Shown piece after piece: positions 17,767 through 26,912 of a stretch of 64,000 nt of DNA. Positions within the stretch are counted from its first letter, which is position 1, and every line of letters begins with the position of its first letter. The translations under genes and the position numbers were made by a program. The notes beneath the pieces are model-generated. The model saw only the letters and a program-made list of their open reading frames with translations, had not been told where the DNA came from and did no database searches. Origin of the DNA: an uncultured Acidobacteriaceae bacterium (GTDB taxonomy: Bacteria > Acidobacteriota > Terriglobia > Terriglobales > Acidobacteriaceae); the NCBI GenBank assembly GCA_963815485.1, contig CAWFGQ010000001.1, positions 762,387 through 826,386 on the forward strand, given 5' to 3'.

Positions 17767-17864
17767 AGAATGCGGTTTCCTGTCGGGGAAAACTTTTGCC
17801 ACTTTCGGGCCTGATGGGGGGATCAGACAAAACGCGCAGCCACAATCCGATAACTCTTTGAAAA

Positions 17865-17903
17865 AAAATAGATAGCTGAAAAATCAGCTATCTATTTTCT
17901 TTT
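17865..17903 (-). terminator. intrinsic terminator of PEP-CTERM paralog 2 (bidirectional architecture)
   Basis: 12-bp stem ATAGATAGCTGA / TCAGCTATCTAT (17868-17879 and 17884-17895) with loop AAAA. It is flanked by an A8 run and a T-run, so the minus strand has a U8 tail. Confidence 0.8.
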
Positions 17904-17941
17904 GGGTTCGGGCTGCCAGTTGGGGACTGATGGAGAAACAA

Positions 17942-18697
17942 TTACAAATTTTTGCGACTAGCGATAGTAACGGCAGCACCGATGAGACCGGTGCCAAGGA
18001 GGGCGAGAGAGCTGGGTTCAGGAACAGAACCAAGCGATGTCAAGGTTGCGACGAAGTCGAGGCCGGAAGGATTGAACGATCCACCCGTTCCGCCGATGCC
18101 AGCCTGCTCCACTACGAAGGTGAGAGTGTTAATGCCCGGCAGAAGCATGACGCCTCCTGCCTGCGAGATTATAGATTCGCCGAGGCAGGATATGCCGGTA
18201 TCGGCGCAATGTCCATCGCTGCCCAAAGGGTTGATGCCCATGAGCTGCTGCTGGTTACTCGTGCCGAAGTCCAGCCAGACGGAGGCGGTGTCGTCGGCTG
18301 CGATGGTAATGGCACCGGCGTAAAGCCCTCCCACCGCATTGAAGGAGGTGGAAAAGGTGTAAAAGCCCTTTGCGGGGTTGTTATTACCTGTTGGGCCAGC
18401 ATCAGCGGCTATACCTACCCATGCACTGCCTGCTGCGGGAGCTATCCAGGTGAGGCCGGGGTTGAGTTCGAAGGCAACGCTGGATGGCGTGCCTTGCGGA
18501 GTCGACGATCCACCGAGGTTTTGGAAGATCGGGTTATACAACAGCGGTGTGTTGTTTAACGTAATTGGGTTGACACCAGGCTGGGAGAAGCCACTGGTAT
18601 TGCCGTAACTGGCAAGGGTGAGTGAATCGGCAGAGACGAATGTTGCGGATGCTGCCAACACTGCGACGACTGCGCTGACTTTCAAAAGAGACTTCAT
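17942..18697 (-). CDS. PEP-CTERM-anchored secreted protein (paralog 2)
   Basis: 251 aa with a signal peptide and C-terminus VPEPSSLALLGTGLIGAAVTIASRKNL. It shares blocks with paralog 1: AWVGIAADAGP, GFYTF, AADDT.SVWL, NTL.FVVEQ and PSGLDF. Confidence 0.9.
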   Translation of the reverse strand: MKSLLKVSAVVAVLAASATFVSADSLTLASYGNTSGFSQPGVNPITLNNTPLLYNPIFQNLGGSSTPQGTPSSVAFELNPGLTWIAPAAGSAWVGIAADAGPTGNNNPAKGFYTFSTSFNAVGGLYAGAITIAADDTASVWLDFGTSNQQQLMGINPLGSDGHCADTGISCLGESIISQAGGVMLLPGINTLTFVVEQAGIGGTGGSFNPSGLDFVATLTSLGSVPEPSSLALLGTGLIGAAVTIASRKNL

Positions 18698-18825
18698 TGA
18701 TTCCTCCTAAAGTATTCCGCTGCTGCGGGCCTATAGGTTGCGGATGGCGGCAAATCCTAAACCGTACATGAATTCGTTACTCCGGCTGCTGTCGGTCTCT
18801 CCATTGAACTAAAAAAGAGAGAGGG

Positions 18826-18840
18826 TTCAGCCGAGTGCCA
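18826..18840 (-). promoter_or_regulatory. degenerate sigma54-like element upstream of PEP-CTERM paralog 2
   Basis: The minus strand reads TGGCAC-TCGGC-TGAAC. The -24 half is perfect, but the -12 GC is missing because of a one-base gap relative to the paralog-1 promoter. The same flanking GAGAGAGGGTT block is present. Confidence 0.3.
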
Positions 18841-19216
18841 TGACCACCAAAGAGAAGCGAGCGGTTGCTACCGACGTGCAAGGAAGGCTTCGGCGGCCAA
18901 TCTTTTTGAGGCTTTGATGTTGCAACTTAACCAAGTGCCGGAAAGCCAGGGGCGCCGGGAAGGCTGCCCTAAAAAACTGCTAGGGGATGCAGATTATTTG
19001 CAGCAAGCAGTACCAAAACGGAAAATCGGCTAAAACGGCTACTTCGAGACACAATGACTTTACTGCTCAAGAAATACCATGCTAACCCCTGAGAGATATT
19101 AATGGGGGAATAAGGTTGTCTAACAAACTGAAGCAGAGTTGTTTTTGTTCACCAGATGAAAGTCCGCTTCAGTTCGCCCAAATCTCTGCTGGAAATACAC
19201 TTTGATGGTCCGGGGG

Positions 19217-21700
19217 CTATACGGCTGAGCCGAGGGCGAGATCGATGAGGGTCTTTTCTTCGATCTCGTGAGCCTTGGCGGAACCTGTTGCAGGAGAAGC
19301 GTTTGCACGGCGCTTGACGCTCAGGACCTTGCGATTGCCGGCCAGACGGCGGAGCTGCGGCATGACGTAGGAAAATGCTCCCATATTGGCGGGCTCTTCC
19401 TGAACCCAAACGATCTCGTTGGCGGTGGGATGCTGATCGAGGGCGGCTTGGAGTTCGGCTGCTGGCCAGGGGTAGAGCTGCTCGAGGAAGATGATGCCGA
19501 CAGACATGTCTTTGCGTTTGGCACGCTCGACCCGGAGGTTGTGACCGATCTTTCCTGTGCAGACGAGGAGGCGGTGCGGATTGGTGACGTCGTTGTCAGG
19601 GAGGACGTTTTCGAAGGCTGGCTTGCCGAATTCGGCTACCGGGGATGAGGCGTCGGGGTGACGGAGCATGCTCTTGGGCGTGAAGACGACGAGCGGCTTG
19701 CGCCATGTACGCAGCGCCTGACGGCGGAGGAGATGGAAGTATTGCGAGGCGTTCGAGGGCTGCGCGATGACCATGTTGTCGCTGGCGGCGAGTTGGAGGA
19801 AACGCTCCATGCGGGCGGAGGAGTGTTCAGGGCCCTGGCCGTCGTATCCGTGCGGGAGGAGCATGACGACGCCGGAGAGGAGACCCCACTTGGCTTCACC
19901 GGCGGCGATGAACTGGTCGATGATGGACTGCGCACCGTTGACGAAGTCACCGAACTGGGCTTCCCAGAGGACGAGAGCTTCCGGATAGTCGCGGGCATAG
20001 CCGTACTCGAAGCCCAGGGCTGCGGCTTCGGAGAGAAGTGAGTTGTGAACCTCGAAGCGGGCCTGCTTGCCCGTCATGTGATCGAGGGGGGTGTAGCGGA
20101 CTTCGGTCTCCATGTCGACGAGGACGGAGTGGCGCTGGTTGAAGGTGCCGCGCTGCGAGTCCTGCCCTGCAAGGCGGACTGGGGTTCCCTGGGTGAGAAG
20201 CGAGGCGTAGGCGAGGAGTTCGGCTGCACCGTAGTCGAAGAGACGCTTGCCTTCGCCCATCTCGATACGCTGCTCGTAGAGCTTCTGGACCTTGGGGTGG
20301 ATGTGGAAGCCCGCGGGGTAGTTCGTGGCGAGGCGTGAGAGCTCGAGGACTTGTTCGGCAGGGATGCCGGTGGTTAGTTTGGCGTCGGCTTCGGCGAGTG
20401 CGCCGCCGTGATAGGGCTTCCAGTATTCGGGGAGCGTGGAGAGTTTGGGGCGCCTGGCTTTGGTTGCGGCGCTTTGGTCGGCCAGGAATTTTTCCTGAAT
20501 TGTTTTGGCCTCCGGGGCCGGGTCGACGCCGAGGGATTTTGCGTAGGTCTGGAAGAGGAACGGGCGCTCTTTGATGGCGGCGTAGCGACGCGGCTGGGTG
20601 ACGGTGGCGTCGTCGGTTTCGTTGTGACCGTAGCGGCGGTAGCCGATGAGATCGACAACGACGTCGGAGTGGAAGCGCTGCCGGTACTCGGCTGCGATGG
20701 CGGCGATGCGCATGGCGGTGTCGGGGTCTTCGCCGTTGACGTGGAAGATGGGAATGGGGAGGCGCTTGGCGAGGTCGGTGGCAAAGCGCGTGGAGTTGGA
20801 CTCTTCGGGGTTGGCGGTGAAGCCGAGGAGGTTGTTGGTGATGATGTGCATGGTGCCGCCGATGGAGTATCCGGTGAGCGCGGCAAAGTTGAGGGATTCG
20901 GCGGTGATTCCCTGCCCTGCGAAGGCTGCGTCGCCATGGAGGATGATGGGAAGGACCTGCTGCCTGCCTTCTTCGCCGATACGGATCTGCCAGGCGCGGG
21001 CGCGGCCCATGGCAACGGGATTGACGGCTTCGAGGTGGCTTGGGTTCGAGGCGAGGTGGAGTGCTACGGTTTTGCCGTCGGGTGAGGTGTACTCGCCTGT
21101 GGCTCCCATGTGGTACTTGACGTCGCCACCGCCGAGGACGCTGCGCGGGTCGACATCTTCGAACTTGGCGAAGATCTCGGATGGGGAACGGCCGATGGTG
21201 TTGGTCATGACATTGAGGCGGCCGCGATGGGCCATGGCGATGATGGAGCGCGTGACTCCTGCGACGGATGCGGTGGAGAAGACATGATCGAGGAACGGGA
21301 TGAGGACGGTGAGGCCTTCGAGCGAGAAGCGCTTGGTGCCGAGATAGCGCTGCTGGATTACCTGTTCGAAGAGGTCGGCGCGGATGAGCTGGGTGAGGAT
21401 GTGGGCTTGATCTTGTTTCGGCGCAGGGCGCTCGATTTGTTCCTGGAGCCACTGACGCTGCTCCAGATTTGGGATGTGCATGAACTCGATGGCGAAGTTG
21501 CCGCAGTAGAAGGCGCGGGCCTCGGCGGCGATGTCGCCCTCGGGCGTTGTAGCGATAGGGAAGGGCTCGGGCGGGAGATATTGGCCTAGCGGATCGAGAG
21601 ATGCCTGGAGGTATCCCCAGCGGCGAAATGTGTCGAAGATTTGTTCGCGATCCTGCACTCCCGCGGCTGGTGCGGTGAGTGTCTCTGCCTTGCTGGCCAT
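19217..21700 (-). CDS. sucA: 2-oxoglutarate dehydrogenase E1 component
   Basis: 827 aa with blocks FRRWGYLQASLDPLG, HGDAAFAGQG, GYRRYGHNE and LLPHGYDGQGPEHSSARMERFLQL. Confidence 0.95.
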   Translation of the reverse strand: MASKAETLTAPAAGVQDREQIFDTFRRWGYLQASLDPLGQYLPPEPFPIATTPEGDIAAEARAFYCGNFAIEFMHIPNLEQRQWLQEQIERPAPKQDQAHILTQLIRADLFEQVIQQRYLGTKRFSLEGLTVLIPFLDHVFSTASVAGVTRSIIAMAHRGRLNVMTNTIGRSPSEIFAKFEDVDPRSVLGGGDVKYHMGATGEYTSPDGKTVALHLASNPSHLEAVNPVAMGRARAWQIRIGEEGRQQVLPIILHGDAAFAGQGITAESLNFAALTGYSIGGTMHIITNNLLGFTANPEESNSTRFATDLAKRLPIPIFHVNGEDPDTAMRIAAIAAEYRQRFHSDVVVDLIGYRRYGHNETDDATVTQPRRYAAIKERPFLFQTYAKSLGVDPAPEAKTIQEKFLADQSAATKARRPKLSTLPEYWKPYHGGALAEADAKLTTGIPAEQVLELSRLATNYPAGFHIHPKVQKLYEQRIEMGEGKRLFDYGAAELLAYASLLTQGTPVRLAGQDSQRGTFNQRHSVLVDMETEVRYTPLDHMTGKQARFEVHNSLLSEAAALGFEYGYARDYPEALVLWEAQFGDFVNGAQSIIDQFIAAGEAKWGLLSGVVMLLPHGYDGQGPEHSSARMERFLQLAASDNMVIAQPSNASQYFHLLRRQALRTWRKPLVVFTPKSMLRHPDASSPVAEFGKPAFENVLPDNDVTNPHRLLVCTGKIGHNLRVERAKRKDMSVGIIFLEQLYPWPAAELQAALDQHPTANEIVWVQEEPANMGAFSYVMPQLRRLAGNRKVLSVKRRANASPATGSAKAHEIEEKTLIDLALGSAV

Positions 21701-22057
21701 TTGTTCCTCGCTTCAGGTCTGTGTGTGCGCGAAAAATGGATTTTCGCGGCTACTTCTATGCTAGACCTTTTGGCGGGTCGGCGCATGTTTCGAGCATGCA
21801 ACGTTAATTTGAGTTTTTTTGTCGCCGTGGATTCTTGCACGTGCATGGGGTATGACCACACCCTATACAGACACCGTCGACACGGCGCTCCTGCGTCTTC
21901 TCGAACGCTGGCGATGGGTGTTTTAAGCCTTTGAAGAGATTCCAGTGCCGGAATTTACCAGAGCGTGGATCGCCATTTGGCACTTCTTTGTCTTTCACAC
22001 GGTCATGCTCTCACGCGTACAGAAGTTTCCACAAGGCAACGACGCAGCTGGCTAGGA

Positions 22058-23584
22058 TTAAAGCGTGGCGCCTTGCAGCCAGGGCTGAAACTCTTCTTCA
22101 CCAAAGCCGTGGATTTCGCTGCGGGTGAGTTTGCCCGAGGCCATCGCTAAGATTTCGTCGAAGATTCTTTGGCCCGCCTGTTCTACATCTTCTTCGCCGT
22201 CGATGATGGTGCCGCAGTTGATGTCCATGTCGTCGGACATGCGGTTGTAGAGGGTTGTGTTGGAGGCGATTTTGAGCGAAGGGGTGGGCTTGCAGCCGAA
22301 GACCGAGCCGCGGCCCGTGGTGAAGCAGATGACGTTGGCTCCGCTGGCAACCTGGCCGGTGGCGGAGACGGGATCGAAGCCGGGTGAGTCCATGAAGACG
22401 AGGCCGGGGGTGCGGATGGGCTCGGCGTAGAGGTAGACGTCGTTGAGATTCGTGGTGCCGGCTTTCGAGACCGCGCCGAGGGACTTTTCGAGGATGGTGG
22501 TAAGGCCACCTGTCTTGTTGCCCGGCTGCGGATTGTTGTCGATGGAGCCGCGGTGGCGTGCGGTGTACTGCTCCCACCAGTGGATGCGGTCGATGAGGCG
22601 CTGCGCGACGTCTGGAGTGGAGGAGCGGCGAGTGAGGAGATGCTCGGCGCCGTAGATCTCGGGGGTCTCGGAGAGAATCGCCGTGCCGCCGTTGCGGACG
22701 AGGATGTCGACGGCTGCGCCGAGGGCGGGGTTGGCGCTGATGCCGGAGTAGGCGTCGGAGCCTCCGCACTGCAGGCCAAGGATGAGCTTGGATGCGGGGA
22801 CTTCGGTGCGTCGGGCCTCGTTGGTTTTGGCGAGCATCTCGTAGACGGTGGCGATGCCCTTCTGAATGGCGGGGACCGTGCCGCCTTCTTCCTGAATGGT
22901 GCTGGTGCGAAGAGTTCCGGTGTCGTCGGTGAGACCGCCGGGGCCAGCGAGATTGATGAGTGGTTCGATCTGGTTGGTCTCGCAGCCGAGGCCGAGGAGA
23001 AGGACGGCAGCGAAGTTGGGGTGTGTTGCGTAGCCGACGAAGACGCGACGGAGGAGGTCGGCTGGCTCGCCGTGCTCGGCCATGCCGCAGCCGGTACCGT
23101 GGGTGATGGCGACGACACCGTCGACGTGGGGATAGGCGCTGAGGACCTCTGGAGTGAAGTGGGCAGCGACGCGCCGGGCAACGGTGGCGGAGCAGTTGAC
23201 GGTGGTGAGGATGCCGACGTAGTTGCGGGTTGCGACCCGGCCGTTGGGGCGAACTATGCCTTGAAAAGTGGCTGGTGCTTCGAGAAGAGCGGTGGCGCGG
23301 GAGTCGGAGCCGATAGCGTAGTCACGGTTGAAGTCATGAGTGATGAGGTTGTGAGTGTGGACGAGTTCGCCGGGGGCGATGGGCTGGGACGCGAAACCGA
23401 TGATCTGATTGAATTTACGGACCGGTTCACCCAGGGCGATGGGGCGAATGGCGAGCTTGTGTCCTGCAGAGATGTCGGAAAGCGCGATGAGACGGGCCCC
23501 GTTGAGCGATTGCCCCGCGGTAACGGGCTTGAGTGCGACGATGACGTCGTCGGAACTTCCGAGTTTGAGAGTCTGGTGGCTCAA
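22058..23584 (-). CDS. altronate/galactarate dehydratase family enzyme (UxaA/GarD-like)
   Basis: The N-terminus is SAF-type (DDVIVALKPVTAGQSL...ISAGHKLAIRPIALGEPVRKFNQIIGF), followed by a large C-terminal dehydratase domain. The ORF is open to 23710, but the family N-terminus fits the TTG at 23584, which has a GAGGAAG RBS upstream. The start is uncertain. Confidence 0.8.
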   Translation of the reverse strand: MSHQTLKLGSSDDVIVALKPVTAGQSLNGARLIALSDISAGHKLAIRPIALGEPVRKFNQIIGFASQPIAPGELVHTHNLITHDFNRDYAIGSDSRATALLEAPATFQGIVRPNGRVATRNYVGILTTVNCSATVARRVAAHFTPEVLSAYPHVDGVVAITHGTGCGMAEHGEPADLLRRVFVGYATHPNFAAVLLLGLGCETNQIEPLINLAGPGGLTDDTGTLRTSTIQEEGGTVPAIQKGIATVYEMLAKTNEARRTEVPASKLILGLQCGGSDAYSGISANPALGAAVDILVRNGGTAILSETPEIYGAEHLLTRRSSTPDVAQRLIDRIHWWEQYTARHRGSIDNNPQPGNKTGGLTTILEKSLGAVSKAGTTNLNDVYLYAEPIRTPGLVFMDSPGFDPVSATGQVASGANVICFTTGRGSVFGCKPTPSLKIASNTTLYNRMSDDMDINCGTIIDGEEDVEQAGQRIFDEILAMASGKLTRSEIHGFGEEEFQPWLQGATL

Positions 23585-23916
23585 ACGATCCTGTTCTTCC
23601 TCGTGTCTCAACAATGGAGCGAGCCCGAGACAAATAGTGGTACGACCACACTGTACTCTAATTCGATGACAAAGGATAGTGTCGTATGCCTGCGCAATGA
23701 TTTTGTGCAAACTCTTCTATCTTTTGGGATAGAAGAGGAACCAATGGACGGATTGCAGCTTTCCAGATTTGCTGGACAACATGTTGGATTCAAGTCGCTT
23801 AGAGGAGATCTCGTCACAACTTCCACAGGCGAAATATCAGATTATTTCGGATATTAAATTTTGCCGTTTTGGAAGCGGGTCTCGACGAGTTCGGTCGGCC
23901 AACTATAGTTGAGGAT

Positions 23917-24876
23917 ATGGCGGGTTCGGGTCGCAGATCACTTGTGTTGATGGTTGGATTTGGGACCCTGAGTCTGGGTGGTTGGGTTGCGTTTGGTCAG
24001 AGTTCGGCAACATCTGCGGCACAACAGGAGCCGGTTGGGTCAAAACCTGAGGATGCGGCGCGAGTGGATCGGCCGCTGCCGGAAACTACTGCGCTGATGC
24101 GTGCAGTCGAGGCAAACGAGAAGACTTCGGAGGCAGTGGAGAAGGATTATCTGTACCGGTCGGTTGTGACCGGAGCACAGACGGACGGGCATGGAGCAGT
24201 GAAGAAGACCGAGACGACGGAGTATGACGTCTTCTGGCTTGAGGGTGTTGAGGTCCATCGGCTGGTGAAGAAAGATGGCAAAGAGCTGAGTGCGGACGAG
24301 CAAAAAAAAGAGAGTGACCGGATCGATAAAGAGGTCTCCAAAGCGAAGGAGAGACGTGCGAAGGCTGACGCAAAAGGGAAGGAGACGGATTCGCGTGGAG
24401 GGGATCTGGTGACGGTGTCGCGCTTGTTGGAGCTGGGGAGTTTCACGAATGCAAGACGCGAACAAGTCAATGGGCGGGATGTCATTGCGGTGGACTTTGC
24501 GGGTGATCCAAAGGCGAAGACGAAGAACCGGATGGAGGATGTGATTCGCAATGTAGCAGGAACCGCGTGGATGGATGAGCAGGACAAGGTGCTGGTGAAG
24601 GCAGAGGGGCACTTCATCAACAACTTCAAAATTGGCGGCGGCCTGGTGGTGAACGTTCAGAAGGGAACGAGTTTTTCGATGGAGCAACGGAAGATCAATG
24701 ATGAGGTGTGGCTGCCTGCGAGGTTCGAAGGGCAGGGGTCTTTTCGTTTTCTTTTGTTCGCGGGTATGAATGGCACGGTGAAGGTTGTTGATTCGGATTA
24801 CAGGAAGTTCAAGGCGACTTCGACGATTCTGCCAGGGATGAGTACGGTGAAACCGGAGCCTGATCCGCAGGAATAA
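23917..24876 (+). CDS. exported hypothetical protein
   Basis: The ATG at 23917 is preceded by GAGGA. The N-terminus is signal-like (MAGSGRRSLVLMVGFGTLSLGGWVAFG). A charged coiled segment and a beta-rich C-terminus follow. I recognise no motif. The ORF track starts at a TTG at 23869. Confidence 0.5.
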   Translation: MAGSGRRSLVLMVGFGTLSLGGWVAFGQSSATSAAQQEPVGSKPEDAARVDRPLPETTALMRAVEANEKTSEAVEKDYLYRSVVTGAQTDGHGAVKKTETTEYDVFWLEGVEVHRLVKKDGKELSADEQKKESDRIDKEVSKAKERRAKADAKGKETDSRGGDLVTVSRLLELGSFTNARREQVNGRDVIAVDFAGDPKAKTKNRMEDVIRNVAGTAWMDEQDKVLVKAEGHFINNFKIGGGLVVNVQKGTSFSMEQRKINDEVWLPARFEGQGSFRFLLFAGMNGTVKVVDSDYRKFKATSTILPGMSTVKPEPDPQE

Positions 24877-24900
24877 CGGCTGCACCCTTACAATCTTTCC

Positions 24901-26880
24901 ATGGGCCGCATTCGAATTCTCTCTGACGTTGTGGCGAACCAGATCGCCGCCGGCGAGGTCGTCGAACGTCCCGCTTCTGTTGTCAAAGAGCTGCTTGAAA
25001 ACTCGCTGGATGCCGGGGCGAGCCGGATTCGCATTGAAATCGAAGCCGGTGGACGCAAGCTTATCCGCATCATCGACAACGGCCATGGGATGGGCCGCGA
25101 CGATGCTCTGCTGGCCTTTGAGCGGCACGCTACGAGTAAACTGCGCAGCTCGGATGATCTGCTGTCGATCGCTACGCTGGGATTTCGTGGTGAGGCTTTG
25201 CCTTCGATCGCGAGCGTGTCGCGCCTGCAACTCGAGACGCGGACCGCAGAGGACGAAGCAGGTACCGTAGTCGAGATTGCGGGAGGCTCGATTCTGCGAG
25301 TCGAAGACGCGGGGCTTCCTGTCGGCACTACGATCACCCTTCGCGATCTCTTTTTCAATACGCCTGCGCGACGAAAATTTCTCAAGTCGGAGCAGACGGA
25401 GCTTTCACACATTGCCGCGCTTGTGACGCACTATGCACTTGTTCACCCGACGAAGCATTTTGAGCTGCACTCCGCGACGCAGGCTCTGCTGATTGCGCCG
25501 GTTGTGGCGAGTGCGGCTGATCGGCTGTTCCAGATCTTCGGCAGAGACACGAGCAATTACATGCTTCCGATCACGGCTGAGATGGACTTTACGCGAAGCG
25601 GAGTGCCGGAACCGCCTCCGTGGAAGCGCGACGAGGACTGGACTCCGCCTGAGCCTGGGTTTCTGCGAATCACGGGATTCGTTTCCAAACCTGAGTTGCA
25701 GAAACTCAATCGTAACTCGATCTACATCTTCGTCAACCAGCGGTTGATTCGCGACAAGCTCGTGTTGCATGCGTTGAGCGAGGCTTATCGCAATATTCTG
25801 CCGCCAACCTCGTTTCCTGTTGTGCTTCTCTTTCTTGAGATGCCGCCGCAGGAGGTTGATGTGAATGTTCATCCTGCGAAGACTGAGGTTCGTTTCCGTC
25901 AGCCCAGCTTTGTGCACGACTTTATCCGCGATACGGTTCGCACGGTGTTGATGCAGGCAAGGCCTGCGGCCAGTTTTGCGAATGCCGTGAGCAGCGGTCC
26001 GCAGGGGGCGTCCAGTTCCCTGCTGCTCGATGTAAGCCCGCTCCCGGGCGGTGATGATGCGATTCCTCAACCGGTCTTCGAACCGAATGCCGTTCCGCAA
26101 TCGGAGCCTTATAACGCCGCGGATACGGAGACGTTTCACGTTGCGCCGATTCACTCCCCGACCTTCGATCTGTCAGCGCCTATCGTGCCACCTTCGCCGG
26201 GACGCTTCGCTTTCTCCGGGCACTCGATTCCGGTCGGATACGACGAGCCGGAAGGTGCGGCCTATGACGCCGCTCCGCAACAGACGGACACGCTCAATGC
26301 GCTGACCACGCTTAAGCCACTCGGCCAGTTACGAGACTCTTTCATCCTTGCCACAAACGAAGAAGGGTTGTGGATCATCGACCAGCATGTCGCGCACGAG
26401 CGCATTCTGTTCGAAAAAGTTCTTCGCGAGCGCGATACCGAGCAGGTTCAGCGACAACGGCTTCTGATGCCGCTACTGATCGATCTGCTTCCGGCGCAGA
26501 TGATCACCTTTGCCGAGATCGCCGATGAGCTTGATCGCAACGGCTTCGAAGCCGAGCCGTTCGGGCCTCGGACTCTTGCGGTCAAAGCCGCTCCTGTTGG
26601 CCTTGAAGGGCGCGAGCTTGAGCAGATGCTGGAGGAAGTTCTCGCTGTTCCAGATCGCAATCAGCAGAACGAAAACGCTGAGGCTCGACGACGACGCATC
26701 GCCGCATCGATTGCCTGCCATGCGGCTATCAAGATCAACCAGGCGCTTGACCATGCCAAGATCGACTGGCTTTTGACAGAACTCGGTAAAACGGAACATC
26801 CTACGGCGTGCCCCCACGGGCGTCCAATCGCTCTGCGCTACTCTCACAAAGATATTCAGCGCGCCTTTCAGAGGATCTAG
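24901..26880 (+). CDS. mutL: DNA mismatch repair protein MutL
   Basis: 659 aa with the GHKL ATPase N-terminus ANQIAAGEVVERPASVVKELLENSLDAG...IDNGHGM and the C-terminal dimerisation block ACHAAIKINQ. Confidence 0.95.
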   Translation: MGRIRILSDVVANQIAAGEVVERPASVVKELLENSLDAGASRIRIEIEAGGRKLIRIIDNGHGMGRDDALLAFERHATSKLRSSDDLLSIATLGFRGEALPSIASVSRLQLETRTAEDEAGTVVEIAGGSILRVEDAGLPVGTTITLRDLFFNTPARRKFLKSEQTELSHIAALVTHYALVHPTKHFELHSATQALLIAPVVASAADRLFQIFGRDTSNYMLPITAEMDFTRSGVPEPPPWKRDEDWTPPEPGFLRITGFVSKPELQKLNRNSIYIFVNQRLIRDKLVLHALSEAYRNILPPTSFPVVLLFLEMPPQEVDVNVHPAKTEVRFRQPSFVHDFIRDTVRTVLMQARPAASFANAVSSGPQGASSSLLLDVSPLPGGDDAIPQPVFEPNAVPQSEPYNAADTETFHVAPIHSPTFDLSAPIVPPSPGRFAFSGHSIPVGYDEPEGAAYDAAPQQTDTLNALTTLKPLGQLRDSFILATNEEGLWIIDQHVAHERILFEKVLRERDTEQVQRQRLLMPLLIDLLPAQMITFAEIADELDRNGFEAEPFGPRTLAVKAAPVGLEGRELEQMLEEVLAVPDRNQQNENAEARRRRIAASIACHAAIKINQALDHAKIDWLLTELGKTEHPTACPHGRPIALRYSHKDIQRAFQRI

Positions 26881-26912
26881 AGGGCGGCGCCATCTAACGC
26901 CAATGCCTTCGT

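Noticed and set aside
21804-21998. 64-aa GTG-initiated minus-strand ORF with a CxxC...CxC cluster (…DGVCIGCGHTPCTCKNP…) upstream of sucA.
   Set aside because: It has only a weak RBS-like GAGAG 9 nt upstream. Third-codon positions are not GC-enriched, unlike those of real genes here. It lies in the sucA promoter region, and I recognise no family. I leave it as unlikely, but it is testable by Ribo-seq.
22553-23857. 434-aa plus-strand ORF, together with the 22183-23181 minus-strand alternative frame.
   Set aside because: These are antisense or alternative frames of the UxaA/GarD-like dehydratase gene. Their translations are G/A/D/V-rich or S/P/T-rich and lack motifs.
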